A program made the translations under genes and the position numbers. A model generated the notes under the pieces. It did no database searches. It saw only the letters and a list, made by a program, of their open reading frames with translations, and was not told the origin of the DNA. A DNA stretch of 64,000 nucleotides from Enterococcus sp. (lineage in GTDB: Bacteria; Bacillota; Bacilli; Lactobacillales; Enterococcaceae). This document shows positions 44,114-55,710 of this stretch, in pieces (within the stretch, counting starts at the first letter, position 1; each line of letters opens with the position of its first letter). The stretch lies in the NCBI GenBank assembly GCA_047975565.1, contig JBKEDT010000040.1:7316-71315 (forward strand), written 5' to 3'.

Positions 44114-44980
44114 TTAGATTGTTTTCATGTAACCTAATAAAACGCCACCAGCGATAACTAAGATACAACCAGTAACAACGAAAACCATTTCTTTTTTCGT
44201 TTTGCGTTCGCCTAGAATAAAAATACCACCTAATGTCGAAATGATGATACCCATTTGTGAAAGTGAGAAACCTACGGCTAAGCCAAGTTTTTTCACTGTG
44301 AATAACATACAAATATTTCCTAGTCCCCAAAGTAGACCACAGACCATATTTTTCCAAACATATTGATCGATTTTGGCTTTACGGAAAGCAAATGCTCCTG
44401 CACCAATCATCATACCAATACTTTGTGGCAAGATAACAGATAGCGCATCCAATCCAGCCCAGTTAATAATAATTGTATAAATACCATAACCAATTGTTGA
44501 ATAGATCAACGCACGGAAGCCCTTACCAAAATCAAGCATTTTATTGTCTGATTCTACTTCACCATCATTGTCTTGACGTGCTGTAAAATACGCACCTAGT
44601 ACAAGTAATGCTAATGCTAAGAATCCGTATACAAAATCTTTTGTTTGTGTCCATTCATGGAAGAATACCGCACCCGCAATCGTATTCAAAATTAATTGAA
44701 AACCAGTTGAAAGAGGTAATCCTACTGAGACACCCATAAATTTCATACCATGGAATTGACCATTTTGACCAACACTCCAGAATAAACCTGATAAGAAACC
44801 GATTAAAAAGATCCACGGTGATAATGTAGGTCCAGTAACTAAAAATGTACCCAGTGCAAAAATAAACGCACCAAAAGTCATACCTAAAGTCTGTTGGTTC
44901 GCGTCTCCGCCGATTTTTCCACTGACTAAACCAATACTTCCCCACGCAAACATAGGGATTAATGCAATTAAAATATCCAT
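44114..44980 (-). CDS. glcU: GRP family sugar transporter (glucose uptake protein)
   Basis: LIALIP..AWGS, QQTLGMT, GVS...PLSTG, SQMG.IISTLGGI..LGE.KT. Confidence 0.88.
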   Translation of the reverse strand: MDILIALIPMFAWGSIGLVSGKIGGDANQQTLGMTFGAFIFALGTFLVTGPTLSPWIFLIGFLSGLFWSVGQNGQFHGMKFMGVSVGLPLSTGFQLILNTIAGAVFFHEWTQTKDFVYGFLALALLVLGAYFTARQDNDGEVESDNKMLDFGKGFRALIYSTIGYGIYTIIINWAGLDALSVILPQSIGMMIGAGAFAFRKAKIDQYVWKNMVCGLLWGLGNICMLFTVKKLGLAVGFSLSQMGIIISTLGGIFILGERKTKKEMVFVVTGCILVIAGGVLLGYMKTI

Positions 44981-45068
44981 AACTTATCTCCTTTTATTTC
45001 ACATGTTAAAAAATTTAACAAGGAAAACGTTAACAAAGCAAGAAAAATTTTGGATTTCTCACGAATTT

Positions 45069-46094
45069 TTAACGCTTTTCGTTATAAAAGCTTAATGAAG
45101 GAAAGTGCATGATCATCTTCGTTCCTTGACCTTGTATTGATGTAACACTCAAATGTACGCCTAATTTTTCCGCCAAATTTTTAGCTAAATACAAGCCTAA
45201 ACCAGTCGAATGTTGCTGAGCGAAACGCCCGTTACTTCCTGTAAATCCCTTATCGAAAATTCGATTGATATCTTCCTTGGGAATCCCGATTCCTGAATCT
45301 TGCAACACCAATTGGACCTCTTGAGTCGTTCGCTTGATTGAAATTTCGATGTTTCCGTTATCAGGTGTGTACTTGATAGCATTACTCAATAGTTGTTTAA
45401 AAATGAATCCAACCCATTTGGCATCCGTCAAAACAGGCTGACTATCGCCGACAACTTCATAATGCAATTGCTTTTGAATAAAGTAATTTGCTTGACTTCG
45501 CAAAACTGGCTGGATAATTTCTTTCAAATCATACTCTTGTATTAAATAATCTCGTGAAAAACTGTCTAATCGTGCATAATACAACACTTGATCCACATAC
45601 TCATCGATTTTTGCGAGTTCATTTTCCAAAAGAATATATTTCTGATCTTCAATATCAAATTCAATCGATTGTACTAACAACTCAGTCGCGGCTAACGGTA
45701 CTTTGATTTCATGTACCCATGAATCAATAAAATCTTTTTGCTCCTGTTGCGCACTAACTGTTTGTCGCATCACTTCTTGGTGCATACGAATCACTTGATT
45801 GACCTGCTCTTCTACAAAACGTTCTTCATTAGAATGTGCCCCTTCCAAATAATTTTGTAGCGGGACATCTTGATTTAAACTATTCAGTTTTCGCCACCAA
45901 CGTTGCTTATCCAAGTAATGACCAACTAAGTAAACGAATAAAAAAACTCCTTCAATAATAAATAAATAACTTAACGTGTCAAAATCGACCGTCATACCAG
46001 GTGTTAACCACATCACGAAGGCAGTTAATAAGACAAAGAAGACCCAGCCGACAATCAAAGATACTCTATCTCTTAAGTATTTCCAAAAGCTCAT
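45069..46094 (-). CDS. Intramembrane-sensing histidine kinase (BceS-like)
   Basis: Two close TMs, WVHEIKVP, LYYAR, SNAIKY, FDKGFTG. Confidence 0.92.
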   Translation of the reverse strand: MSFWKYLRDRVSLIVGWVFFVLLTAFVMWLTPGMTVDFDTLSYLFIIEGVFLFVYLVGHYLDKQRWWRKLNSLNQDVPLQNYLEGAHSNEERFVEEQVNQVIRMHQEVMRQTVSAQQEQKDFIDSWVHEIKVPLAATELLVQSIEFDIEDQKYILLENELAKIDEYVDQVLYYARLDSFSRDYLIQEYDLKEIIQPVLRSQANYFIQKQLHYEVVGDSQPVLTDAKWVGFIFKQLLSNAIKYTPDNGNIEISIKRTTQEVQLVLQDSGIGIPKEDINRIFDKGFTGSNGRFAQQHSTGLGLYLAKNLAEKLGVHLSVTSIQGQGTKMIMHFPSLSFYNEKR

Positions 46095-46105
46095 TTTCTT
46101 CTCCT

Positions 46106-46780
46106 TTACGGCACAATATATCCTTGACCTACTTTGGTCTCAATATAGCCTTCAATTCCCGCTTGCTCGATTTTTCTACGTAATCGGTTGATATTTACGG
46201 TTAATGTATTATCATCAACAAATCGTTCGTCGTCCCACAATGCACGCAATAATTTTTCCCGTGTCAAAATCTTTCCGTGTTGCTTCATTAAGATATACAA
46301 TAATCGATACTCATTTTTACTTAAATCGATCACTTCATCTTTGATTTTCATACTGCTATTATCAATATTCAAGACGATACCATTATGCGTCATTGTTTCA
46401 CTTGTTAACTCTGTGTAGTTATATGAACGGCGAAGTAATGCATTGATTTTTGCAATCAGTACATCCACTTGAAACGGTTTGGTCACAAAATCATCTGCTC
46501 CCATATTCATGGCCATGATCATATCCATATTCGTATTTCGGCTCGAAATAAAAATAATCGGCACTTTGGATACCTCACGTATTTTTTGACACCAGTAATA
46601 ACCATCAAACACTGGAAGATTGATATCTAATAAAATCAACTGTGGCTTTTCTTTCTCAAAATCATCAAACACTTGATTAAAGTCTGTTGTCCCATACGCA
46701 GTAAAATTCCATTTAGATAATTCCTCTATAATCAACTCGCGAATAACTGCTTCATCCTCAACAACCATAATTTTCGTCAT
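46106..46780 (-). CDS. OmpR-family response regulator (BceR-like)
   Basis: LLDINLP.FDGYYWC..IR, DDNTLTVNINRLR; RBS GGAGG supports the start at 46780. Confidence 0.93.
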   Translation of the reverse strand: MTKIMVVEDEAVIRELIIEELSKWNFTAYGTTDFNQVFDDFEKEKPQLILLDINLPVFDGYYWCQKIREVSKVPIIFISSRNTNMDMIMAMNMGADDFVTKPFQVDVLIAKINALLRRSYNYTELTSETMTHNGIVLNIDNSSMKIKDEVIDLSKNEYRLLYILMKQHGKILTREKLLRALWDDERFVDDNTLTVNINRLRRKIEQAGIEGYIETKVGQGYIVP

Positions 46781-46946
46781 CTTTTCTACCTCCAATAAAA
46801 TAGCTCCTATTACTACAACCATACCAAATATTTTGCTTTCTGACGAATTTCGTTGCTTTCTTAATAAAAAAATAGGGCAGATAAAACAACAAACTGTTTT
46901 AGCCACCCTACTTTATGATGTTCCCTATTTTAATTTGTTCTTTTGT

Positions 46947-47348
46947 TTAAACAATTTCAACTTCTACGTCGATATTTCCTCGTGTTGCTTTTGAATAAGG
47001 GCAAAACTCATGTGCGCGATCGGCAATGTCGCGAGCAACGTCTTGCTCAACGCCATCGATATGCACTTCCAAAATCGCACCAATCGTATAGCCACCATCG
47101 TCTAGATTGTACAATGAAACACGTGCTTTCACTTCGGATTCAGCTGTAATCCCGTCTACCTTTAACATATGTTGAACTGCACCATTAAAACAAGAAGCGT
47201 AGCCAGCAGCAAATAACTGTTCTGGATTCGTTCCATCTTTGTTGATTCCAGGGGCTGTTATCTTCATTTTCATGCTGCCATTTGGTGCTTCTACGTCTCC
47301 TTCACGACCACCATGGTTGATCATCGCTGTCTCATAAAGTTTTTTCAT
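46947..47348 (-). CDS. ohr: Organic hydroperoxide resistance protein
   Basis: GGREG, TNPEQLFAAGYASCF, CPYSKATRGN. Confidence 0.93.
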   Translation of the reverse strand: MKKLYETAMINHGGREGDVEAPNGSMKMKITAPGINKDGTNPEQLFAAGYASCFNGAVQHMLKVDGITAESEVKARVSLYNLDDGGYTIGAILEVHIDGVEQDVARDIADRAHEFCPYSKATRGNIDVEVEIV

Positions 47349-47416
47349 TGTATCACTCTCCTCATCTTCATACTTTCATTTTAGAGAGTGCGCCCAGATA
47401 ATTCAAACCATTTGCT

Positions 47417-47623
47417 TTATAAAAGTGAAAATACTTCATCTTCCACTAGTTTTCCAAAAAACAAAAAAATAGTACTTGTAAATAACAAGGTCATATTTGT
47501 TCCTAAATATAAAGCAAATCGCTCAAACGCATCTTTGATTTTATTTTCTTTAATATAAAAAAATAATTCAGTATTGACTCCATAGACTAATATGGTTAAA
47601 AAAATAACTACTTTAGCAACCAC
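47417..47623 (-). CDS. Small hypothetical membrane protein (68 aa)
   Basis: GTG start with GAGG upstream, two hydrophobic segments. Confidence 0.45.
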   Translation of the reverse strand: MVAKVVIFLTILVYGVNTELFFYIKENKIKDAFERFALYLGTNMTLLFTSTIFLFFGKLVEDEVFSLL

Positions 47624-47653
47624 TATCCTGCCTCTTCTCTACAACAATTCTTC

Positions 47654-47797
47654 TTACTTTGCTAGTACACTTCCGTAACAAAGTTTTGCAAAATGTTCTG
47701 CCTCATGCGAAAACAGAAATTCTCTCGCCTCATGAATATGTTTTGTGTATCGATTCTCTTTGCTAATATATCCGTGTAGGACTTTTACAACGTACAT
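47654..47797 (-). CDS. Small hypothetical protein (47 aa), not in the ORF track
   Basis: MYVVKVLHGYISKENRYTKHIHEAREFLFSHEAEHFAKLCYGSVLAK*, RBS AAGGAG 10 nt upstream. Confidence 0.6.
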   Translation of the reverse strand: MYVVKVLHGYISKENRYTKHIHEAREFLFSHEAEHFAKLCYGSVLAK

Positions 47798-48073
47798 GTA
47801 CTCATTTCTCCTTAATCTCTGTATTCTTACGCAAAAGAATACCCTTACATTTTATAAAAAAATCCAGAACTTTTCTATTGATTTTCATTATTTTTAGACA
47901 AATAATGGTAAATGTCTAAATCCAGAATAAAAGTTACCGCTTTCATTAATTAATAATAACAATATTTATTAATTGAGATAACAATCTTCTGTCTCCATAT
48001 CCGATAATAACATCGATTATATATTAAAGCAAGCGCTACCATGCTTTTTTAAATAAAAACTACGCACTGCTTT

Positions 48074-48532
48074 TTACCCATTTCGCATCTGTTCTAACTT
48101 TTCTGCAAATCGAATTGCTTCTTCTTCTGTATGGCAAATAATAATAAAGGTATCCGCACCAGCAATTGTAGCAACTACTTCAGAATAATCAAGCTCGTCT
48201 AGCCAATTCGTGACCACATCTGCACCATGCTTTTCTGTTAAGACTACAATCATAAATTTCACTTGATGAATTTGTAGGACTTCTCGTTGAATTGCTTGGA
48301 TCAAGCGATTTTCATTTTGATTCATCGAGTGTTGTTGAAATAATGCATAATAATTTTGCTCCTGATCGTCCTGTAATTTGACGATATTCAGTTCCCGAAT
48401 ATCTCTAGAAATCGTTGCTTGTGTTGCATGCACGCCTTTTTCTTTTAGATAAAGTAAAATCTCTTCTTGTTTATGAATTTTTTTGCCAGTAATCAATTCA
48501 TAAATCATCTTTTGTCGGTCGATTTTTTTCAT
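48074..48532 (-). CDS. ArgR/AhrC family transcriptional regulator
   Basis: ATQATISRDIREL, ATIAGADT; start at MKKIDRQ with RBS GAGG. Confidence 0.88.
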   Translation of the reverse strand: MKKIDRQKMIYELITGKKIHKQEEILLYLKEKGVHATQATISRDIRELNIVKLQDDQEQNYYALFQQHSMNQNENRLIQAIQREVLQIHQVKFMIVVLTEKHGADVVTNWLDELDYSEVVATIAGADTFIIICHTEEEAIRFAEKLEQMRNG

Positions 48533-48616
48533 TTGTTTTGCCTCATTCTTGCTTTTTCTCTGATTATACCAAATGTTTTTACTAAAAATAGTAGTCATTT
48601 TTCTTTTTTATCTATC

Positions 48617-48737
48617 TTGACAATTTTTTTCATTCTATGTTAACCTGAACACAATTCAATTTATCGTACAGATAACACATTTATGTGTCGAGAGAGAGGC
48701 GATTTCTATTATATAGAAATCCCTCTCTCTTTTTTTC
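48617..48737 (+). promoter_or_regulatory. Promoter and leader terminator (candidate attenuator) of the MFS gene
   Basis: TTGACA (48617) ... TGtTAACCT; hairpin ACACA-TTTA-TGTGT; terminator GAGAGAGAGG..GATTTCTA/TAGAAATC.CCTCTCTC-T tract ending about 30 nt before the start codon. Confidence 0.6.
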
Positions 48738-48766
48738 GATAATTCGAGTCATTTAGGAGGGATTTT

Positions 48767-50140
48767 TTGAAACAAACAAAGCAAATTCACTTAGTGTGGG
48801 CAGTTTTAGCAACTGGTTTGATGTCCTTTTCAGGCGTTCTGATCGAAACTGCAATGAATGTAACGTTCCCAACACTAATTGAGCAGTTTCATCTGACAAC
48901 TGCTCAAGTTCAATGGGTGACAACAATCTATTTATTAATGATTTCCATCATTGTACCTTTATCAACCTACTTAAACCGAAATTTTCAGTTACGGTCATTA
49001 TTTATTTTTTCAAATATTTTATTTTTGACGGGTATTCTTCTTGATTTCTTATCCCCTAGCTTTTCGATTTTGTTATTCGGACGTGTTCTTCAAGGGATAG
49101 CCACTGGGATTGCTTTACCTTTGATGTTTCATATTATTTTGAGCTATGCACCACTGAATCGTCGTGGAGCCATGATGGGGCTTGGTACATTGACCACAGC
49201 TATTGCACCTGCAATTGGGCCAACTTATGGAGGCATATTAACTGACCACTTATCATGGAACCATATCTTTTTATTTTTGATTCCAGTACTACTTCTCTCA
49301 CTTTGCTTAGGCATTTGGGCCATTCCTGCATTTCCTGTCAAAAAATCTGGGAAAATCGACTTGCTTGGCTTAGTTAGCTTAACTATTTTCTTTAGTAGTA
49401 GCCTGATTTTTTTAAGTAATTTAGGTCAGCCAAGCAGTTGGATTGCGTTGCTTTTAGCAATTAGTAGCGTGTACTACTTTTATATCCATTCAAAAAAGAG
49501 TGCCTATCCACTGATTCAGCTAGCTATCTTAAAAAATAAAACATTCCGTTTATTTTTGTTTAGCTTTTTGGTTTATCAATTTCTTTTATTGGGTGTCTCG
49601 TTTGTCTTACCAAACTTCATTCAACTCGTTCAAGGAAATTCACCATTTGTTGCCGGCGTTGCTATGCTACCAGGTGCAGCAATCGGCGCTCTTCTTTCCC
49701 CGTATTCTGGTCGTTTGCTAGATACGTACGGTCCGAAAAAACCAATTTTGATTGGTCTAACTTTCGCCACTACTGGTTGGCTTATCCTAACGATCAGTCT
49801 TCAAGGAACACTCCTTTGGCCACTGATTGCCTGTCATATATTCTACATGATCGGTATTGGACTTTCTTACAGCAACATGATGACTACTGGTATGAATGCA
49901 CTCACAGCAGATGAACAAGCGGATGGTAATGCGTTATTCAATACGTTACAACAATTTTCTGGTGCAATTGCTACCTCACTTGTTGCAACAGTGATTGGTC
50001 TTGTTCAAATGATGGATCGTTTCAGTTATACAGAAGCAACCACGCTCGGTTCTCAACTTGCCTTAGGTATTTTATTGGTTCTTGTAGCTCTTAGTTTCTT
50101 CTTCTGTGTACGCTATTTTTCGAAAGAAAAAAGAAAATAA
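48767..50140 (+). CDS. MFS transporter, DHA2/LmrB-like
   Basis: ETAMNVTFP, QWVTT.YLL, GRVLQG, APAIGPTYGG, FNTLQQFSGA; TTG start with RBS AGGAGG. Confidence 0.9.
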   Translation: MKQTKQIHLVWAVLATGLMSFSGVLIETAMNVTFPTLIEQFHLTTAQVQWVTTIYLLMISIIVPLSTYLNRNFQLRSLFIFSNILFLTGILLDFLSPSFSILLFGRVLQGIATGIALPLMFHIILSYAPLNRRGAMMGLGTLTTAIAPAIGPTYGGILTDHLSWNHIFLFLIPVLLLSLCLGIWAIPAFPVKKSGKIDLLGLVSLTIFFSSSLIFLSNLGQPSSWIALLLAISSVYYFYIHSKKSAYPLIQLAILKNKTFRLFLFSFLVYQFLLLGVSFVLPNFIQLVQGNSPFVAGVAMLPGAAIGALLSPYSGRLLDTYGPKKPILIGLTFATTGWLILTISLQGTLLWPLIACHIFYMIGIGLSYSNMMTTGMNALTADEQADGNALFNTLQQFSGAIATSLVATVIGLVQMMDRFSYTEATTLGSQLALGILLVLVALSFFFCVRYFSKEKRK

Positions 50141-50189
50141 TAAAAAAACACTTGAACAGCTCATTTACTAGACTGTTCAAGTGTTTTTT
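50141..50189. terminator. Bidirectional terminator; left copy of the diverged repeat flanking the agu cluster
   Basis: TAAAAAAACACTTGAACA-N15-TGTTCAAGTGTTTTTT; same arms as 56966-57014. Confidence 0.85.
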
Positions 50190-50985
50190 AGCGAAATACT
50201 AAGTGATATTTCTGGTTATCGCACTCTTCAATGTATTGATATAGCAATAATTCCATCAACGCAACCATGGAAATATGGGACGTCATATTTAATTGGTTCA
50301 AATACAATTCATCTGTAAATAGATAGAGATTGATATCACTGATATTTTGCAATAAATTATTATCTGCTCCAGTAATCGAAACGAGCAAAGGATGTTCCTG
50401 TTGCTTTAATTTTCTCATATCATCAAGCAGACTGGTATCTTCTCCACGATAACTAAACATAAAAACTAAATCCTCGCTAGTGGCTTGTTGCAAGGCAACT
50501 GTTCGCGTCTGCTGATCTTCTGGAAAAATAACAAAAAATCCAGCTGTCGTATAAAGATATTTGATATACCCGATAATTTCTTTACTCATACCTTTAGCAA
50601 ATAAGAAGATTTTAGGGCTTTTCTTCATACGTTTGACAACCTGTTTGATTTTTTCACTATCCATTACACGAACCGATTCAACAAGATTCTTCAAATACTC
50701 TTCACGATAGTCCTTTTGTGAGACAACAAAGGGACTTTGTTTTGTTAACTTTTTTTTATTAAGCAGTGTATATTTCACAACAGTAACAAATTCACTGTAC
50801 CCACTAAAGCCAATTTTCCTTACAAACCGCAAGAATGTCGTTGTTGATACAAAGCAATCTTCTGCTACTTCACGAATACTTTTATTTTTGATTTCATTTA
50901 AATTTGATGCAACATAATCAAAAAGTGCTTGTTCATTTTTCGTTAGTTCACTTAAATGTGGATTCACGATTTCAAAGAAATCCAT
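50188..50985 (-). CDS. RpiR/MurR family regulator of the agu cluster
   Basis: SIREVA..CFVSTTT..RF.RKIGF.GYSEF HTH plus SIS domain; start MDFFEI with RBS AGGAG. Confidence 0.88.
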   Translation of the reverse strand: MDFFEIVNPHLSELTKNEQALFDYVASNLNEIKNKSIREVAEDCFVSTTTFLRFVRKIGFSGYSEFVTVVKYTLLNKKKLTKQSPFVVSQKDYREEYLKNLVESVRVMDSEKIKQVVKRMKKSPKIFLFAKGMSKEIIGYIKYLYTTAGFFVIFPEDQQTRTVALQQATSEDLVFMFSYRGEDTSLLDDMRKLKQQEHPLLVSITGADNNLLQNISDINLYLFTDELYLNQLNMTSHISMVALMELLLYQYIEECDNQKYHLVFR

Positions 50986-50992
50986 ACTTCTC

Positions 50993-52093
50993 CTACTTTC
51001 TATGTTGTGGTAATGCCTGTGCAATACAATGGATATTTCCGCCACCTAATAAAATCTCACGAGCAGGTAATCCAATCACTGTATATTCTGGATATAACGA
51101 TTGTAATAATTCCTTTGCTGGTTGATCATTTGGATCATCAAAAGTCGGATAAATAATTCCTTTATTTGCTATGTAGTAACTCACATAACTAGCGACCAAG
51201 CGATCTCCAGGAAATCGAGGTAACATGCCGTTGACCGCATCAACACCCAAACTTTCTTCTTCTGTGATATACATAGGTTGAGGCATCGGCATCTTGTGTA
51301 TTTTGAATTTTCTTCCGGCAGCATCTGTTGCTTCTGACAATATTCTATACGCATCTCGAACAATTGTATACATTGGATCATCCACATCGTCACACCAAGT
51401 CAAGACTAACTCGCCTGGACGCACAACGTTCAACATGTTGTCGATGTCCCCATTTGTTTCATCTAGAAAGTATCCTTCTTTAAGCCAAATCACCTTTTCT
51501 ATACCACAATATGATTTTAAGAGCTCTTCGATTTGTTCCTTCGTTAATTCTGGGTTACGTCCTTCGGAAAGGAGACATTCTTCCGTTGTGAATAGCGTTT
51601 TTTCTCCATCAGTTTGAATCGAGCACCCTTCCAATATAAAATGGGTCAAACTATAATAATCTAATCGTTGCCAATTACAGATTTTTTCCGCAAGTAGATC
51701 ATCTTGATCCCACGGGAAAAACAACCCGTCAAGCAAACCACCCCACGCATTAAATCGGAAATCTACTCCACGCAATTCTTTTTTTTCATTCATGACATAA
51801 ACTGGACCAGTATCTTTGATCCATGCATCATCTGAACTCATCTCAAGTACACGGACAGATTCTGGAAGAACTAAGCGTGCATTCCTATACTGTGCTTGTG
51901 AAACAAGCATCGTTACTGGCTCAAATCGTGCAATCAATTCCGCCAAGCGTGCATAGATTTTTTGTGCAGGTTTGGCACCATTACGCCAATTATCTGTACG
52001 TTCGGGCCAAATAATAAAACATTCCTCATGTGGTAGTGTCTCAGCGACTATTGTATAGCCGTCCTCCTTTGGTGATGTGGACATCAATTTCAT
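50993..52093 (-). CDS. aguA2: Agmatine deiminase, second copy
   Basis: WPER.DNW, DDAWIKD.GP, LEGCSI, GGGNIHC; RBS AAAGGG supports the start at 52093. Confidence 0.88.
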   Translation of the reverse strand: MKLMSTSPKEDGYTIVAETLPHEECFIIWPERTDNWRNGAKPAQKIYARLAELIARFEPVTMLVSQAQYRNARLVLPESVRVLEMSSDDAWIKDTGPVYVMNEKKELRGVDFRFNAWGGLLDGLFFPWDQDDLLAEKICNWQRLDYYSLTHFILEGCSIQTDGEKTLFTTEECLLSEGRNPELTKEQIEELLKSYCGIEKVIWLKEGYFLDETNGDIDNMLNVVRPGELVLTWCDDVDDPMYTIVRDAYRILSEATDAAGRKFKIHKMPMPQPMYITEEESLGVDAVNGMLPRFPGDRLVASYVSYYIANKGIIYPTFDDPNDQPAKELLQSLYPEYTVIGLPAREILLGGGNIHCIAQALPQHRK

Positions 52094-52169
52094 TTTGAAC
52101 ACCCTTTCTTACTACTAATAATAACAAAAGAAAGAGCCAAAACATAGATGCTTTGACTCTCTTAATTCT

Positions 52170-53162
52170 TTAACTTATTGAAGTTATTTGATCTTTTAAA
52201 TGGCTTTTTTGTTCAAGTACTTGATCGGAATGAATCATCGTTCCTGCAGTACCCTCCAAGAGTTTATCCAGATGATCTAACGAAGTAATCACGGCTTTTG
52301 CTTGTGGTCGTGCTTCGACAAATGCAATTGCAGCTTCCACTTTTGGCAGCATACTCCCAGGAGCAAACTGATTCTCCTCAATATATGCTTTCAGTTCGCT
52401 AACAGTAACATCAACTAATTCTTCTTGATTTGGTTGGTTGTAATTAATCGCTACATTAGCTACCCCAGTTAAAATAATCAATTCATCCGCATCAATCATC
52501 TCTGCAATTTTCTCAGAGGCAAAGTCTTTATCAATAACAGCCTCAACCCCTACTAATTGACCATTTTTTTCGATAACTGGAATGCCACCGCCACCACCAG
52601 CCACAACAAGCATTCCTGAATCACTCATTTGTTTGATTGCATCCGCTTCAACAATACTCGTTGGCTTTGGTGAAGCAACTACCTTACGATACCCTCTACC
52701 TGCATCTTCTTTGTAGATAACTGAGGTCTGCTTCATCTCAGCTTCTGCTTCTTCTTTTGAAACAAATGGACCAATTGGTTTCGTAGGATTTTGAAATCCC
52801 GGATCCTTTTCATCAACGATGGATTGTGTAAGCATTCCAACAACACGTTGATTGATCCCTTTTTCTTGTAATTCATTGTCCAACGCTTGCGTTAACCAAT
52901 AGCCAATACTTCCTTGTGTCATAGCAACATTTGTATCTAAGGGCATTTCTGGATTGGTTTTTGTTGCGCCTATTTTTTGTTGCAAAAGTAGGTTTCCAAC
53001 TTGTGGCCCATTTCCGTGTGAAATAACTACTTGATAGCCTGCTTGAATCAATTGGACAAGTGATTTCGCTGTTTTTACTAATGCCTTTTGTTGCCCTTTC
53101 GCAGAAGGATCATCCGTTAAGATTGCATTTCCGCCTAATGCTACCACTACTTTTTTTGTCAT
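52170..53162 (-). CDS. aguC: Carbamate kinase
   Basis: [28 protein letters not shown]. Confidence 0.93.
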   Translation of the reverse strand: MTKKVVVALGGNAILTDDPSAKGQQKALVKTAKSLVQLIQAGYQVVISHGNGPQVGNLLLQQKIGATKTNPEMPLDTNVAMTQGSIGYWLTQALDNELQEKGINQRVVGMLTQSIVDEKDPGFQNPTKPIGPFVSKEEAEAEMKQTSVIYKEDAGRGYRKVVASPKPTSIVEADAIKQMSDSGMLVVAGGGGGIPVIEKNGQLVGVEAVIDKDFASEKIAEMIDADELIILTGVANVAINYNQPNQEELVDVTVSELKAYIEENQFAPGSMLPKVEAAIAFVEARPQAKAVITSLDHLDKLLEGTAGTMIHSDQVLEQKSHLKDQITSIS

Positions 53163-54265
53163 TGATGTACGCTCCTTTTTGGAACTTGTTGCGTAATGCA
53201 GTGAATATTCCCACCACCTAATAAAATTTCACGCGCAGGAACACCAACGATTTTACGTTCTGGATAAAGAGCTTGTAATGTTTCTTTTGCTTTGACATCC
53301 ATCGGATCATCAAAAGTTGGAAATACAATGCCTCCATTTGCAGTGTAGTAATTGACATAGCTTGCAGCAAGACGATCGCCTTCCATACGAGGAAGTGTGC
53401 CATCTACCGCATCAACGCCTTTACTTTCTTCATCTGTAATCGTGATTGGACTTGGTACATATAATTTATGCACTTTGATTTTGCGTCCTTTCGCATCTGT
53501 TGCATGTTCTAGAATATCTAGACATTCTTTTGAGATTTCATATTGAGGATCAGATTCGTCATCTGTCCATGCTAAAGCAACTTCTCCTGGACGTACAAAA
53601 TTGGCAATGTTATCTACATGACCATTTGTTTCATCTAAATAGATGCCACGTTTTAGCCAAATGATTTTTTCAATATTCAAATATTCTTTTAAGATATGCT
53701 CGATTTGTTCTTTCGATAATTGTCCATTACGTCCTTCAGATAGTAAGCATTCTTCTGTTGTCAGTAATGTTCCTTCACCATCCACATGAATAGAGCCACC
53801 TTCTAAAATAAAGTCATCTAAACGATAACGATCATGGTGTTCAATTTCACAGATTTTTTGTGCCACTTGATCATCTTTATCCCAAGGGAAGTACAAACCA
53901 TCCACTAATCCCCCCCATGAGTTGAAGGTCCAATCCACGCCACGAACTTCGCCTGCTTCATTTTTTACATATGTTGGTCCGCAGTCTCTGACCCATGCAT
54001 CATCGCTTGCTAGTTCAACTACACGAATAGAATCTGGTAACATATGGCGTGCATTATCGTATTGATCTGTGTTTGCGCCTACTGTGACTGGTTCAAATGC
54101 TGCGATTGCTTTTGCTACTTCGACAAATGTTTGTTGTGCTGGTTTACCACCTAAGCGCCAATTATCTGGTCTTTGTGGCCAAAGAATATAGACTCCTTCA
54201 TGTTCCTCAAATTCACCTGGCATCCAAAATCCATCTTGTTTTGGTGAGCTATCAATTGTTTTCAT
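53159..54265 (-). CDS. aguA: Agmatine deiminase
   Basis: [44 protein letters not shown]. Confidence 0.95.
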   Translation of the reverse strand: MKTIDSSPKQDGFWMPGEFEEHEGVYILWPQRPDNWRLGGKPAQQTFVEVAKAIAAFEPVTVGANTDQYDNARHMLPDSIRVVELASDDAWVRDCGPTYVKNEAGEVRGVDWTFNSWGGLVDGLYFPWDKDDQVAQKICEIEHHDRYRLDDFILEGGSIHVDGEGTLLTTEECLLSEGRNGQLSKEQIEHILKEYLNIEKIIWLKRGIYLDETNGHVDNIANFVRPGEVALAWTDDESDPQYEISKECLDILEHATDAKGRKIKVHKLYVPSPITITDEESKGVDAVDGTLPRMEGDRLAASYVNYYTANGGIVFPTFDDPMDVKAKETLQALYPERKIVGVPAREILLGGGNIHCITQQVPKRSVHQ

Positions 54266-55646
54266 GATTCATGACCCCTTCCGTATGTGTAGCTTCTTCT
54301 TTTGCGCAACGTCGTGTAACGATTTCACCAACTAAAAATGCTAAAATCGTTCCAATCAGTACTGGGATTTTTGTCCCTAATTCTTCAGCACTTCCATCTA
54401 GTGGTAATACTGAGAAAAGTAACGTGATAATCAATAAAACTAATGGAACAAACGTAATAATTTTAATCAACCAGCTAGGTCCAGGCACTTTAAATGGACG
54501 TGGTGTTTCTGGATCGATTTTACGTAATTTCAAAAATGCTGGAAACATCATGATATAAGATAAAAGTAAAGCAACCACATTCAATGAGAAGAATGCCCAA
54601 AAGATATTTTCATTTGGAATCAATGGTGCGGCAACAATCAGAACAGATGCAATGATTCCATTCACAATCGTCGCTCCTACTGGCATCTCATTTTTTTCGT
54701 TTACTTTTGCAAATACTTTCGGCATATCATTGTTTTTTGCTGCATATAGGGCAACATAGTTTACGCCTAAAGACCAAGAAATCAGATTTGCTGCCAACGT
54801 ATACATAAATAGTAGTCCTATAATCACAACAAATGGATTTAATCCGCCTACGAGTAAAATAAAGCTATCGATCAAGCCACCTGATGTCGATAATTCACTG
54901 GCGGGTACCGCTGCACCCATACCAAAAGCAGCAAACAAATAGAAGAATGCAATCAAGATGCCGCCGTAAATAATTGCTTGTGGAATTTGTTTCTTCGGAT
55001 TGTCCATATCACTAGCCATTGTAGTCACAACTTCAAATCCTAAAAAGTTAAATAAGATGACAGATAAGAAACTTAGACTTTTTACATCGAATTTTGGAAG
55101 TAACGCTGCTCCTGAAAAGTCATTTGCCATTCCTTTTGTCACTGCATGATAAATACCTAAAACGCCTAAACATACCATAATGGATACTTTTGCAAATGCT
55201 GCGATATTCAAAATCCATTTACTATCACTTACAGGATAGCAACTAATTAGTGTAACGATCCAAACGAAAACTAATTGAATCAAAATCGCTGGCCAGATGC
55301 CAAGTTGTATTTGAAAAATCTGTACTAATACTTCTTGGAAAAGTACTGCTAGACTTGCCATCCAAATTGGGAAGTTGATCCAATAAAACCAAGCTACACG
55401 AGCACCCCAACGTCGCCCAAATGCTTTTTTTACCCAGTCATAGATACCACCTTCATCATCGTATGATGTACCAAGTTCCGCTGAAATCATGCCATAAGGG
55501 AGGAAAAATAGAAGTAACAGTAGTCCCCACCAAAAGAATTGCGATGAGCCGATTGCAGCTGCTGGTGCTGCGGATTCCACAACCAGAATAACTACTACTG
55601 CCATTAATACTGCATCAAATAGACGAAATTTCTTTTTTTCTTTCAT
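54252..55646 (-). CDS. aguD: Agmatine/putrescine antiporter (APC family)
   Basis: APC permease between aguB and aguA; start MKEKKKF with RBS AAGGAG. Confidence 0.9.
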   Translation of the reverse strand: MKEKKKFRLFDAVLMAVVVILVVESAAPAAAIGSSQFFWWGLLLLLFFLPYGMISAELGTSYDDEGGIYDWVKKAFGRRWGARVAWFYWINFPIWMASLAVLFQEVLVQIFQIQLGIWPAILIQLVFVWIVTLISCYPVSDSKWILNIAAFAKVSIMVCLGVLGIYHAVTKGMANDFSGAALLPKFDVKSLSFLSVILFNFLGFEVVTTMASDMDNPKKQIPQAIIYGGILIAFFYLFAAFGMGAAVPASELSTSGGLIDSFILLVGGLNPFVVIIGLLFMYTLAANLISWSLGVNYVALYAAKNNDMPKVFAKVNEKNEMPVGATIVNGIIASVLIVAAPLIPNENIFWAFFSLNVVALLLSYIMMFPAFLKLRKIDPETPRPFKVPGPSWLIKIITFVPLVLLIITLLFSVLPLDGSAEELGTKIPVLIGTILAFLVGEIVTRRCAKEEATHTEGVMNHENN

Positions 55647-55710
55647 ATTTGTTTGCCTGCTCCTTTCAAACTTGAAAAGCAAGCCGCAAAATATGCGGCT
55701 TGCTTAGAGA

